DNA of 57,742 nucleotides, counting the filler, from Dimargaris cristalligena (taxonomy: Eukaryota): NCBI GenBank assembly GCA_003614675.1. It is 5 parts of 5 records of this genome, joined end to end, with 100 filler letters (N's around TTAATTAATTAA, not from the genome) between each part and the next. Parts side by side here need not be neighbours in the genome. Positions count along the whole stretch, not along the records: positions 34,763 to 46,204 come from ML003112.1; positions 46,305 to 57,742 come from ML003113.1; 3 more parts are not named here. The stretch is one strand, 5' to 3'. How positions within the stretch are numbered: the stretch's first letter is position 1; every line of letters begins with the position of its first letter. Below, piece after piece: positions 38,033 through 49,343 of this stretch. A program made the position numbers and the translations under genes. The notes under the pieces are model-generated. The model did not search any database. It had not been told where the DNA came from and was given only the letters and a program-made list of their open reading frames with translations.

Positions 38033-39975
38033 GGGCAGGGTTGGTCAAATAGAATAGAATAGAGGACCGGGGTAGGGGAGGGCAATTGGGTTGGAGGGAG
38101 GGTGATGGCTTGCAGCTATAGGTAGGCAAATGGTTCAAACAAAAGCCGATAGTCTAGGGGTTAAATAACCAGAAGGCGGGCTTTGGAGTCGTAAGTCAAC
38201 ACGGCGGTTAGGATGAGTGAATAATGAACTGCGGTGGTTGAGGTAGAAACGTGCGATTGGTAACCGCAATGGCTGGAAGCGCCACGCTGTATGGATATGA
38301 AAAAATCACGGGTGAGGGAAGCGGCGCGTGTAAAATAGAGTACTATGTGTTTATCTAATTAGGGTCGGAAGGGTGGTGTGGTCCCCCCCTCCTTAATCTA
38401 GAGACAAGGGTGGTCGGCGTAAGCCAAACCACCCCATCCGGCCACTCGGTGATTGGTCCACGTTTGTTTACCTTTGGAAGAGATTCCCATCTTAAGGGAC
38501 CATTCCCGCCAAACCCCCTTAGTTGGTTTAGGCGGCTTGATTTGCTTATGGCTGTGGCATACCAAATGCCCGAAATGTGACCGGACTTAAGGATAGGCGG
38601 ATAAGTCACTAATAAAGTAAGGCAATATAAGAGGCGGGTTGCTCTTTAAAGTATATCACCATTGCCTCTGGATATCTGAAAATGGGCAGGTTCCTTACTA
38701 GGGCAGCACCATAAAGCTAAGGGGAAAGGTAGGACCAGGGGATAATGATAAATCAGCCCCAGCAGCCGACAAAGTGGCCAAAAGAGAGGAATAAGCGATA
38801 AACATGGTATGGGGATTGTACAGTGCTTGGGAGGGGTCTGACTTTATTTGTAGCTTTTGAGGGGTTTTGAGCCATTTGTCCTTTAATCTATTCCCTGTGG
38901 ATGGCAAATTATGACCAAAAGGTCGCCTGCCTTAGATTCACTTTAAATAAAACTCTACTTCATCTGAGAGGGGTCTGGGTGGGTATAGGGCAGTCTAAGG
39001 AGAGGTCGGATATAACCGAATGTAATAATAGTATATATTATCTGGGTAGGGGAGAAGAGACATAATGCCAATTCTGCAGAAAACAGGGTTGTCCTGTAAC
39101 CCAACAACCTATGTCTGCTAGAATTGGATAGGTGCTCAATCTTACCGCGCGATTTCCGGTAATGACTCTATTGTTGCTGCACTATCGATTGGTTTCGTAG
39201 CCTGATTAGAACCCAACCTTCCAGAAGATTCATTCAGCGCCCAACGGAGTCGAGTTGATCAAATCTGGTATGCCCACGGAGAATATTCGAACATTTATCT
39301 GGCATGTCCTTGAGGAATTCCCAAGTATACATCTACCGTAGATTCGAACCGAAATACATAAAGCCCCGCCTGCTCCCATGTAACTTACATACTTCTTTAA
39401 CAGCCACCCTGATCGCTCATCTCCATCAGCAGAAGCCATTCTGTATCTGTAAGCGAAATATACATATCTATATATAATATCCTGACAAATGTGTAAGTAA
39501 TTGGGCAATTATATAACCGATTCGGCCAGCGTTTAAAAGCATGCCCTGCCCATTGGCTATTTAAAGCTACGGGCGAGTGGGGTGGTTTTTCCTCCCCCAA
39601 TCCATACATAGTACACCCATCCCATCAAGTACATCTTCCGCCAATCCACGTGACCTCAGTTGGTCCCCTCTCTTTTTCATTCTCGTATTTTTTGAGGATT
39701 TCAGAGCCTGGATGAAAAAAGAAAAAAAATGTACGGCACTAGTGTGGTGTACGAGGGCTTCAAGTTGACTGCAGCTTTGATTAATCAACGGGTAGGTTTT
39801 TTTACGTAGCTAAAGTACTGTAATTATCATTAAGGGCCGAGTTTAGTGAGTATCTTTTACGCCGGTTGCTTCTAATCTCCTTCATTGCCCAAGGAACGTT
39901 TCCTTGATAAATTTGCATTTCACCCCACTTTTTTCTTCGTCGTCCTTCACAGCCCCCTACCCGCCAATCGTCAAC

Positions 39976-42151
39976 ATGGGTCGCCTCCTGAAGAAAGGAA
40001 AGTCCGGTACGGCCAAGAAATACTGCAGCCGCTCCAAGGCCATTTCGAAGCTTCAATTGACGCTCAATGACTTCCGGTAAGTCTTTAGTTTCCTGGCCTA
40101 AATAGCCCGTATTTATCCTCCTCGGTCCCAGTTCGAACGCGAGCTGTTGGTCTCTTGGCTTCTGATATAATATGTGTAGGCCGACTGAGACACGTCCCGC
40201 TTGACTCGATGCGTAATTGGCCATTCTATTGATTTCCCATCACCCGCACTAAATCCCACTCCTTACTGATATTTTCCATATATATATATATATATATATA
40301 AATCTGACCCATCCCGCTTGCGTGTATTGTGCAAATAGTCGTCTGTGCATCTTAAAGGGCATCTACCCCCGCGAGCCGAACAATCGGCGCAAGGCCGGTG
40401 ACCGGTCCAACCGCCCCAGCATCTTCTACTACACCAAGGATATCCAGTTCTTGGCCCACGATCCTTTGATCAACAAATTCCGGGAGCACAAGACGTTCAC
40501 ACGCAAGTTGGCCCAGGTCACCAATCGCCGGGATAAAACCTCCGTCGAGTCCCTCAAGCGCCGGAAACCCGAATATAACCTCGACCACCTGGTCAAGGAA
40601 CGCTACCCGACGTTCATGGATGCCCTGCGTGATATCGACGATGCTCTGAGTCTCCTCTTCCTCATTGCCGCTCTTCCCAAAAAGGGGCTCTTCCTTAACG
40701 CCAGCCGCCTTGCTGGCATCCAGACCCTGTGCGCCGAGTTCCAGCAGTACATCATCCACACCCGCTCGCTGCGCAAAGTGTTCCTCTCCATCAAGGGTAT
40801 CTACTACCAGGCCGAGGTCCAGGGTGTCCCCATCACCTGGTTGGTCCCCTACGAGTTCCGGCAGAGCACCCCCAAGACCGTGGACCTTCGCGTCATGGCG
40901 ACCTTTGCCGAGTTTTACGAAACGTTGATCGGCTTCATCAACTTCCAACTCTACCGCGACGCTAACCTGGCCTATCCCCCCAAGATCAATGCCCAGAAGT
41001 GGACCAACGGCGAGTTCCTGGACGCTCTGACCCTGCAGTCCGCCCAGAACATCGACCAGCTGACCGCCCAACTCAACGCCGGTGCCAAACCCAAGGTACC
41101 CGCCCAACGGGTTCGCAACCTGGCCGCCAAGATGGCCGAGCTGGAGGCCACGGCCGCCCGGGGGAGTAGCAGCAATGTCGATGCCGAGGCGGAGGGTCAG
41201 GACGAGTCGGAGGCAGCCAACGCCGACACCGCCCAGGCGGATATCCGGGAGTTTGTCCAAGCGGCCAAGCAGCAGGCGGCCGAAGAGGGGGATGCCACCA
41301 CCCCCTCGGATGCCCTACTGGATCTGCAGGCCATGGAGCACCTTGCCGAGGCCCACTCGTCCCTCCAGAACCTCTTCCAAGGCGCCGTGTTCTATCTGTC
41401 CCGGGAAACCCCCCGGGGGGTCCTCTACTTCCTCATCCGGGCCTTCGGAGGCCAGGTAGGTTGGGATCCCCTCGCCGCTACCGGATCACCGTTCGCCGAG
41501 GCCGACTCCCGCATCACTTACCAGATTTGTGATCGCCCCATGCTGCAACACACCGTGGTGGGCCGCACTTACTTGCAGCCCCAGTGGGTGTTCGATAGCA
41601 TCAACTTCCAGAAGCGCATGCCCGTCCAGCTGTACGCCCCCGGCAAGGAACTGCCCCCTCATCTTTCGCCGTTTGTCGAATACCGCGAAGGCGACTACGT
41701 CCCCGAAGAAGCCAAGACTCTGGCCCAGGACCTCGAAGAAGATGCCGCCGAACGGGTGGCTGACGATGCCTTCAGCTCTGATGATGATGGCGACGATGAC
41801 GAGGAGTACAGTCAAGACGAAGCCGAGGCCGAAGAAGTGGAAGAGGTCAAGGTCAAGGTAGTAGTAGAGAAGAAGGAAGCCGAAGTCAAGGAGGTGGAGG
41901 TGGTGAAAAAGACCAAGAAGCAAGCGGCCCGGGAAACCATGGCCCATAAGAAGCGGGCCGCCCAGGAACAGGAAGAAGCCGATCAGCAGGCTATGCTGAA
42001 ATCGGTCATGTCCAAACGCCAGCGCTATCAGTTTGAATCGCGCGAGCGGAATAAGAAGCGGGAGAGGGAGGCTACGGAAACGCTGCAAACCCGTAAGGAA
42101 AAGATTGTTCGTCAACAAAAGAAACAGGGCAAGGCCAAGGGCCGGAACTAA
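39976..42151 (+). CDS. NOP7: Pescadillo/Nop7 ribosome biogenesis factor; 2 exons (39976-40076, 40339-42151), ~637 aa
   Basis: MGRLLKKGKSGTAKKY...LQLTLNDFR|RLCILKGIYPREP; LDHLVKERYPTF; BRCT domain (QPQWVFDSIN); PPHLSPFV; acidic then basic tail. Confidence 0.96.
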
Positions 42152-42782
42152 ATTAATGGCGTTAGAAAGCTCCCTTCCATATACCCAGTTTTACTCTACT
42201 CCCCTTTTTTATTTACCGTGTGTCTCTCCCCTTTGTCAATGTTCGTAATCCTATCCACTGCCTCGTTTTTATGATTCCTGCATCTCGTTTATAATCTGCC
42301 GCTATACCATTGTGCTTATTTAGTATTTGATCTTTTTTATAGTTTTACTTTCACGCGTCTATCTGATTCCATTTGTTTAAAAAATGGTGGGCATTGACAG
42401 TATATTGCCAAAATAAATTCTACAACCGTGCAATTCAGCCGAGCCGCAGTGGAAATGGCGATGCTAATCGCCTACAACCTGCCCGGGAAATAGAACGGAA
42501 AGGGGTGTCGCAACTGACCGCCTCGATGCGTTTGTTGATTATTGATATTAAATTGGCTAATAGCTACTAACAAGATAAGTGTAGTGACACGATACGGGGA
42601 TTCGGCGTGGTCCTACCGGGTTGTAGGGAACCGGTCCGCGACGGGGGGCTTGAGATAAGACGCCGCTTCTTCGGGGCTTTAGACCAAGAAATCGGGGATA
42701 CCGACCCTGACAATGATGATACTGCCTCTGTCTCCCTTGGAAAGACAGAGCGGTAACGAGTCATTCGAGATATAATGATATT

Positions 42783-43655
42783 TGTCGGACCTTCTAATCC
42801 GACTTAATCCAGACATCATGCTGCCCGTCCCTATTAGACCTTATAGCACCATATTAACCTTCCCATGGTCACCCCCGGTACTATATGATCACTCTATATC
42901 ATATAACTGTTCCCCTTCCAGACTCCTCATTTTACACTAATTACTCCAGTGCTGATCCGAAGACTCTTCCGACTACCAGCAGAGTCTTCCAAGTCCTCAC
43001 AGCCGTCCAGTTGGCTTATTTACCTTACCCTAGTCTTAATAGTATTCTTCTCTGGGGACCTCCCTCCAGAGTCGCCCCTGCGTATATATAACCGGGCCCA
43101 TTGGGACTAGCTCAATTCCTTAGCTTATTCCTTACCCCCTGGTCTGCAACCGCATAATGTACCCTTATCACGTGACAAGAACATGTTTGGGCCAACATCA
43201 AATGGAGCACGAGTAATGAATACTGCCACTGAGGGCATAACCGAACCGGAAGTATAAAAGTAACGAATTTAACCCGAAAGCGGAAAAAGATCGTGTTTTA
43301 ATAAAATCATAATTTTAATCTTTACTAATTTGTCTCTATCCTGGACCCCCCAGGCCCCCTTTCTCCCCACTCGGAACAAGGCGTCGAAATTGGTAAATAC
43401 CCAGTCCTACTCGACCCCCCCCCCCATTACAGTCTATCCCAATAAACTCTATATACACTCACCCCCCTTGTATTGATTAGTAAGTGTGTCCGCTGCATGT
43501 CCCTTGTGTATACCTGTATCTGGTAACCTTTATTAGTTAGTACCGTGCCCCCAGCCTAACACTAGGACCCGTTTAGACGAGCCTAAGCCCCATCTACTGT
43601 TAGAAGCCTATCCTCGGGACTCTAGATGGACTAAAAGTGGTTAACCCGGCCGACA
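42783..43655 (+). mobile_element. Solo LTR (TGTCGG...CCGACA) carrying a ~290-bp nested insertion
   Basis: Inverted termini TG...CA; internal TATATATAA and AATAAA; colinear with the reverse complement of 51632-52218 apart from 43145-43431. No clean target-site duplication. Strand is assigned by convention. Confidence 0.75.
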
Positions 43656-43717
43656 GTTTATCTAATATATTTTCCCCTTGCGCTCAGTCATTGAAGCATC
43701 GATTTTTAACAATGGCT

Positions 43718-45452
43718 CTAATCTACAGATGCAGTCTTTTGTGAACTTTGCAGGTTAATTAGGATAACAGGGTCCACCACCGAAGATAGGATATGCATTT
43801 CCTCTTTATGAAATGCCCAAGGACCCAGGTCCGACACCCGGGCCTTCTCACTCGGTTCAAAATCCGATATCAAAACCATAACCCCCATTCTTTTGTCGTT
43901 GGTGAGCGTCAATTGCTTCGGCATATAAAAATACAATTCGTCAACTGCATCAATAATATGGGACCTGGATGATCCATTCTCAAATGTATCTGCCTCAGAT
44001 TCAACGGCCTCGAATTTGTTGGCTTCTCCATCACAAGCCCAGTAGGATTTCAGAAATACCGCCCCATCAAACAGTCCAAAGTCATTCATGTTCCCAGCCA
44101 AATTACACAGGAACTGATTATTAGATTCGATCTCATCTTCCGAGGCCTCTACTTTGTACACCCTCGTGAACACATTGAGAGCCGATTCCTGCTGGAACAT
44201 GGAGGCTAAGACAATGGCCAGTCGGTTCAAATTGTAAAAAGATCGGATGGCTTCTTCATCATTCATAGTGGGAGGGGGGCTCTTTGCGGTCATGAATGTT
44301 TCCATATCATCAAAGCGATTGGTGACAGCAAGTCGGGCTATAGCTATAGCCGACAACGTACGATCCAGATTGCTGGATAAAGCGGGAAGTATGGTATTAG
44401 ACGTCCCCGCGTCCAGATTTTTCATCATCAGGTGGCTGATCCGAGCCCGGGCGGGGTCTTGCATACCCTTTTCCACCGAGTGAAGGGTATCGCCATTCGT
44501 TAAAACCCCAATGGCTTCGGCAATTTTGTGGCCATCGGCGAGGTCTACGAGGGCTAGTAGGGGAATCTGGGTCGCCAAGGTATCCGTTTGAAGCAACTCA
44601 GGATCAACGAACCACCAAGCGTTAGGCTGGAAACTGGGCTCATTTTGGTTTTGCTCCAGATACCTTTGGTGGTTCTCAGAAACCGGTTTTTCACGACTAA
44701 TGGCCAATTGGGCTTTATCATACAAGGGCCGGGGAGGACACAGTGGATATCCGCCAACCTTGAAAAATAGCTCTCCGTATAGATGTTGATGCAGTAGTTG
44801 TTGCCATGTTGATGAGAGCCAGCTCTTCTCCTCGTCGACCAATGTGTCATTGGTAATGCGATCGAATTTGCTCAAAATAGTGACGTACTGCCACTAATGA
44901 CACCCAAAAGATATAAATATGTAGAATACTGGAAAATTAGATTATCAAGCCCATATCAGCTAGAAATTTAGACGACAGCTTAATTCAGGGTACTGTGGCG
45001 GGCCCAGGTCACCAGAAACCGATACCAATACATTTTAAATGGGTCGTAAGAAATGTCTCATCTGTGTATGTAATAGATAATTATTAAAAAGCAACTTGCG
45101 TAACATTCATAATAACGGGCTTTGGGCTTACCATTATATATTCTTTATTGAGATGGTTGTAGACAAAATTGTGTAAAAAATTCGATGTTTTCATCAGCTC
45201 AGAGATATATTCGTCAGTCAACATCGGTCTGATCATTTGTTTAAGAATTTCCGGGGGCATGGTGCTGAAACGGTCTTGTCTTCCTTCTCCACAATTTTCC
45301 ACCGGGTCGGTCTGGATGCGGGTGGTATCGTGAGTGCTACTGGAGTAATCACTGTTGATAGAATCCGAGGAGGGATTGGGGGCCGAGACAACTGATTGGA
45401 CAGCGAGACCAAGGACAACCAGGCCGACGATACTGATGCGTTGGGCTTTCAT
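43718..45452 (-). CDS. Secreted F-box-like protein A (candidate effector); 2 exons (45452-45132, 44893-43718), ~498 aa
   Basis: Signal peptide MKAQRISIVGLVVLGLAVQSVVS-AP; F-box-like FSTMPPEILKQMIRPML...ISELMKTSNFLHNFV; phase-0 intron GTAAGC...TAG joins EYIM|WQYVT in frame. Confidence 0.75.
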
Positions 45453-46204
45453 GGCAGGCGAAGAGTTGGCGGTAAGGGTGGGGAGAAGGTCGGAGAGGGA
45501 GAGAGAGAGAGAGAGAGAGAAAGGGGGTAAAATATAATAATAGGAAAAACAATAAGCGGGGAGTGAGCCTGGGGGGGGTTTAATAAGGTGCTGAGGGAGT
45601 CGAAGGTTGACTAGAGAGGCAATTTGAGTAGCAATATAGGGAGTAGAGCAAGAGAAGACAAACTGACTTTATTATATAAGCTGGGCATGTAATATGGGAC
45701 AACTGGTATTTCGTCTGGTGAACTGTAGGCCTAAGGCATCGCTAGTGAACGTACCTACAATTTTCCCTATACTCTCCTAATATAAGAATGAAGCCTCCGC
45801 CCTAGAGATACAATGGTAATGAACGGAAGGAAGAGAAGAAGGGAGGCGGTTGGTGGCTGATGCTAGTACGAAGTCTAACTAGATAGTTGGTGTATCGTTA
45901 CCCCATAGCCTTGAGACGGATTGGTGTGGTTTTCAAAACCATCGGCATAGCGAATAAGGTGTTTAGCTTGGTGGTACACCATTTCAAGGCAAAAGGGATG
46001 CCCCTTTTGTCGAATAACTGTAAAATTGTAGCGCCGAGACCCGGTGGACCGGTTAGGTCGGGGATTACGTCATGGGGGGAAAAAGCCGGGAAAATCAGCG
46101 AGAGGTTCGAACTACTATCAGGGATCTCGTTATTGGCAGATTGCAGTGGAGCCAACAGTGGGGTTGTAGAAGTGCTTTGCGGTGAGAAAGACATTGTGGT
46201 TTTT

Positions 46205-46304
46205 NNNNNNNNNNNNNNNNNNNNNNNNNNNNNNNNNNNNNNNNNNNNTTAATTAATTAANNNNNNNNNNNNNNNNNNNNNNNNNNNNNNNNNNNNNNNN
46301 NNNN
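46205..46304. other. Artificial contig-joining spacer
   Basis: N44-TTAATTAATTAA-N44. Confidence 0.97.
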
Positions 46305-46365
46305 TTTATTATCTATCTTTTCAAATAAAGTTCAGTTTTCAAGGATTTGATTTCAGTTCTTTACA

Positions 46366-46432
46366 CCTGCCTACCATTAGAAGCCTATCCCCAAGACTCT
46401 TGATGGCCTAAGAGTGGTTAACTCAGGTGACA
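46366..46432 (+). mobile_element. Terminal fragment of the same LTR family
   Basis: TTAGAAGCCTATCCCCAAGACTCTTGATGGCCTAAGAGTGGTTAACTCAGGTGACA aligns with 43600-43655 and with the reverse complement of 51632-51687. Confidence 0.8.
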
Positions 46433-47427
46433 CCCCTCTACCTGCTAGCCTGCTTCATATATCAGGATTCATACTGGTGGTTATCTAAAATGCACCTGGT
46501 ATGACTAGGGGTTTTTGCATGAGACTAACATTATACCCCTTTGTTTTCTCCCACTAACTACTGCTGGCCCATTGTGTTCCATTCTCAAAACAAGTCCCTT
46601 GATCAAGCTAAAATAATTCACATTACACCAACATAACTACCCCACCAACATAGCTTCATTGTAATTCATTTTTCAAGGGCTATAAATCTTACCAAATGTC
46701 CTAGTTATAAGCCTGCTAGTAAACATATGTGAAATACTGAATCTCCTTGAGGTTTGCAGCTAGAAGTGAAAAACAACAGAATTGTGACCAAAATGAGGTA
46801 TGCAGTGGCTAATTGACCAACATTGTAAATTAAATCAAACAGCCATATGACCTTGGGGTGGGGTAGGTATTTGGGTGGTTACCATCACCAGCCTGTCTAC
46901 AAAATGACCAATATAGCAATGGTGAGAAATGGGGGTAAACAGGTGGTGATGGAGTTCAACAGGAGAAATGTGGCTGGGCTAAGGTGGCCTTCTAGAATAT
47001 CTCCAGTGTGACACCACTAGCTGTCAGGAGTCTCACTGGGGTCCGACGTGGATATGAGGAGGGCCCCTTTGAAAGAGGGGGGGGTTCACTTGCCTCAAAT
47101 TATGAAAAGTATTATTTTTATACAACAGCGATGTTCAATAAATTAGCAGTGTCTCCGTAGGGTTTCACAATTAACCACCGATTCAGTGCGCCTATAAGTT
47201 GTATAGACTTTTAAAACGAAAGGCCCCTGAGTTGTTAGCTATTCTCTTTCTATGAACGACGGATGTCTGGGCGTGGGGATAGGTTCGAGGGGGGTATCAA
47301 ATGACCAGACTGTCCCATAATTGCGGATAACCCGGTCAGATTGAACGGCACCGGCATATGGGTGCATCTTGAGTTCTTTCGGATTTATGCTCGTTTCGAA
47401 TATACAGAGTGGTCAAATGAGGTATTA

Positions 47428-47575
47428 CAATATGGGAATTGTTCAACCAGGCTGTATAACGAAAAACCCATTTGATGAGGCAAATATTACTGGTTGAAAA
47501 TAAACATCCCGCCGATTTTCCCATACACATATCAATTAAAACCCTATACAGTCGAGCCGAACTTCACCCATATTT
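47428..47575 (+). mobile_element. 148-bp MITE with degenerate ~32-bp TIRs, flanked by TA
   Basis: TA|CAATATGGGAATTGTTCAACCAGGCTGTATA ... TATACAGTCGAGCCGAACTTCACCCATATTT|TA. Confidence 0.75.
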
Positions 47576-49343
47576 TAAAAACAGAGTGAGATACAACCTC
47601 TCTTGAGTTCAATCCATCTATATTGAAACTCCACTATTAATATTGCACCACAAAAAAATATATAGCCAGAGGCTGGCCAGAAAGCCCCATACTTGGAGCT
47701 TATTGCCTTTGAATATCTTTGAAACTATTGTACCAGTGTACTTTGGCAAAGTGCCACATTCCACCTAAAGTATATAATATCTCTAATTAAACGCCCCTGT
47801 ACCACCTCTTGTTAATGACTGTCTACGCGCTTCCGTTGACGTCTGCTCAGCTATTATCCGATTGAGGAGGTCGTAACTGGATTGGAGGGATGCTGATTAC
47901 TAAGAATACATATTGATACGGCCTAATTAGCCCATAAATTGTACGTAACGGTTAATGAAACAGTAGTTCAGCACTATAGTCGGTTTATATAATGCCCAAC
48001 GCCACTCCTAGATGTTGTCTGTTTAGATGGTTAGAAGTGAAGTGTTAGAAGAGGTGGTGTTATTTAATCTTCCGCTACCGCATACTATCATTGGGTTGGA
48101 CCAGATACGCAGATAAGCCCAGCAGATTTTTTTATATATAGATATATCAGTTCTTGGCGACAATAGGGGAGAGTGTATGGCTCGGGACCCCTTCCCTTCC
48201 TTCTGCCCTTGAAGGTCTCCTTTGGGATATCTAATAATAGGGCTTGCCTCTGCCTCTCTGACCCGGACAAAGTCACCACTAGCCATATTCCCAATCCTCT
48301 AGAAAACCAAATGCATCCAATATCCACGTAATTAGGTTCTGGTCTGGCCTTCTAATTTGTACATAAACCTTCATTTTTATTATGATTGACTCATTTTATA
48401 AAAAACATCCTATTATATAGACCAAGTCTGTTATATCCAGCCAAATGCAATGTTTAAAAGAATGGTGGGCATCCCACGTCTAATGCATTCCCCTAGTTGT
48501 GCGCCCAGGTGCCCCTCCCCTCCTAATAAGGTATCCACACTGTGGTTGGAGTTGGGGTGCCTTTGGTTTGAGTCTCACTGGGTCGTTTATGAGAGACCCA
48601 TGCAGTGAATAAGACACTACATATTCCTTATACCACAGTTGCTTGATCATAATGTAAACTGAATCTAATCACCGGTGAGAGACCGTAGGCCCCCCATTGC
48701 CCTATTTTTCTAAAAAAAAATAATCAAACCGAGCACTGTATCTCCCCAATGGCCAAGTCATCGATTTCAGAGGGATTAGGTAGCCATTCTCCTGTCATAC
48801 CATTGGGTAGTCGATGGAAGCGCCCATATTTTGATTTGTGTGAGTTTGAACTCCAATACAGAGGCCCCGTGGAACCAGAACTCTGTGCGTCTTCCAGAAA
48901 TATACAGTTAGAGATATGAGGGATGGGGATCTGTGCAAGCTACACTCAGATGTATACCGTCTTATGAAATTTAACACTTTTCGGGCTCAACAATAGAGTG
49001 TTATAATGTGTGTAACAATAAAATGCGATGATTTGGTTCAGATTCTCTTACTTACAATCGAATTTCTTAATGCCTGCAGCTAGGAACTAGACCTCGGTTC
49101 TGTCTATATAAACAGGTTGTTTGTCTTCTTTATGATGGTCGTTAGATATCTTATCATCACTCGAATCTTTCCATCCAAGGTTTCTCGAACAGCATTTTTA
49201 CATTTTATTTAATCGTTCTCCAGCGACTCATTGCGCAGTGTTTTCAAAGTACTTCCTTCCTTCCACCCACCCCCACTTCTACAAGACATTATCCAATTTT
49301 ATTCTTTCGCCCAAGCGTACCTTACCACCCGTATTCATCCACC

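Noticed and set aside
40352..42118. Long antisense ORFs (302 and 210 aa) opposite Nop7, and similar ones opposite Avt3, PPX1 and the subtilisin
   Set aside because: Shadow ORFs caused by GC3-rich codon usage of the real gene; no recognisable motifs.
42567..42764. 65-aa ORF with a KKRR motif next to the LTR
   Set aside because: Short, with no homology or splice support.
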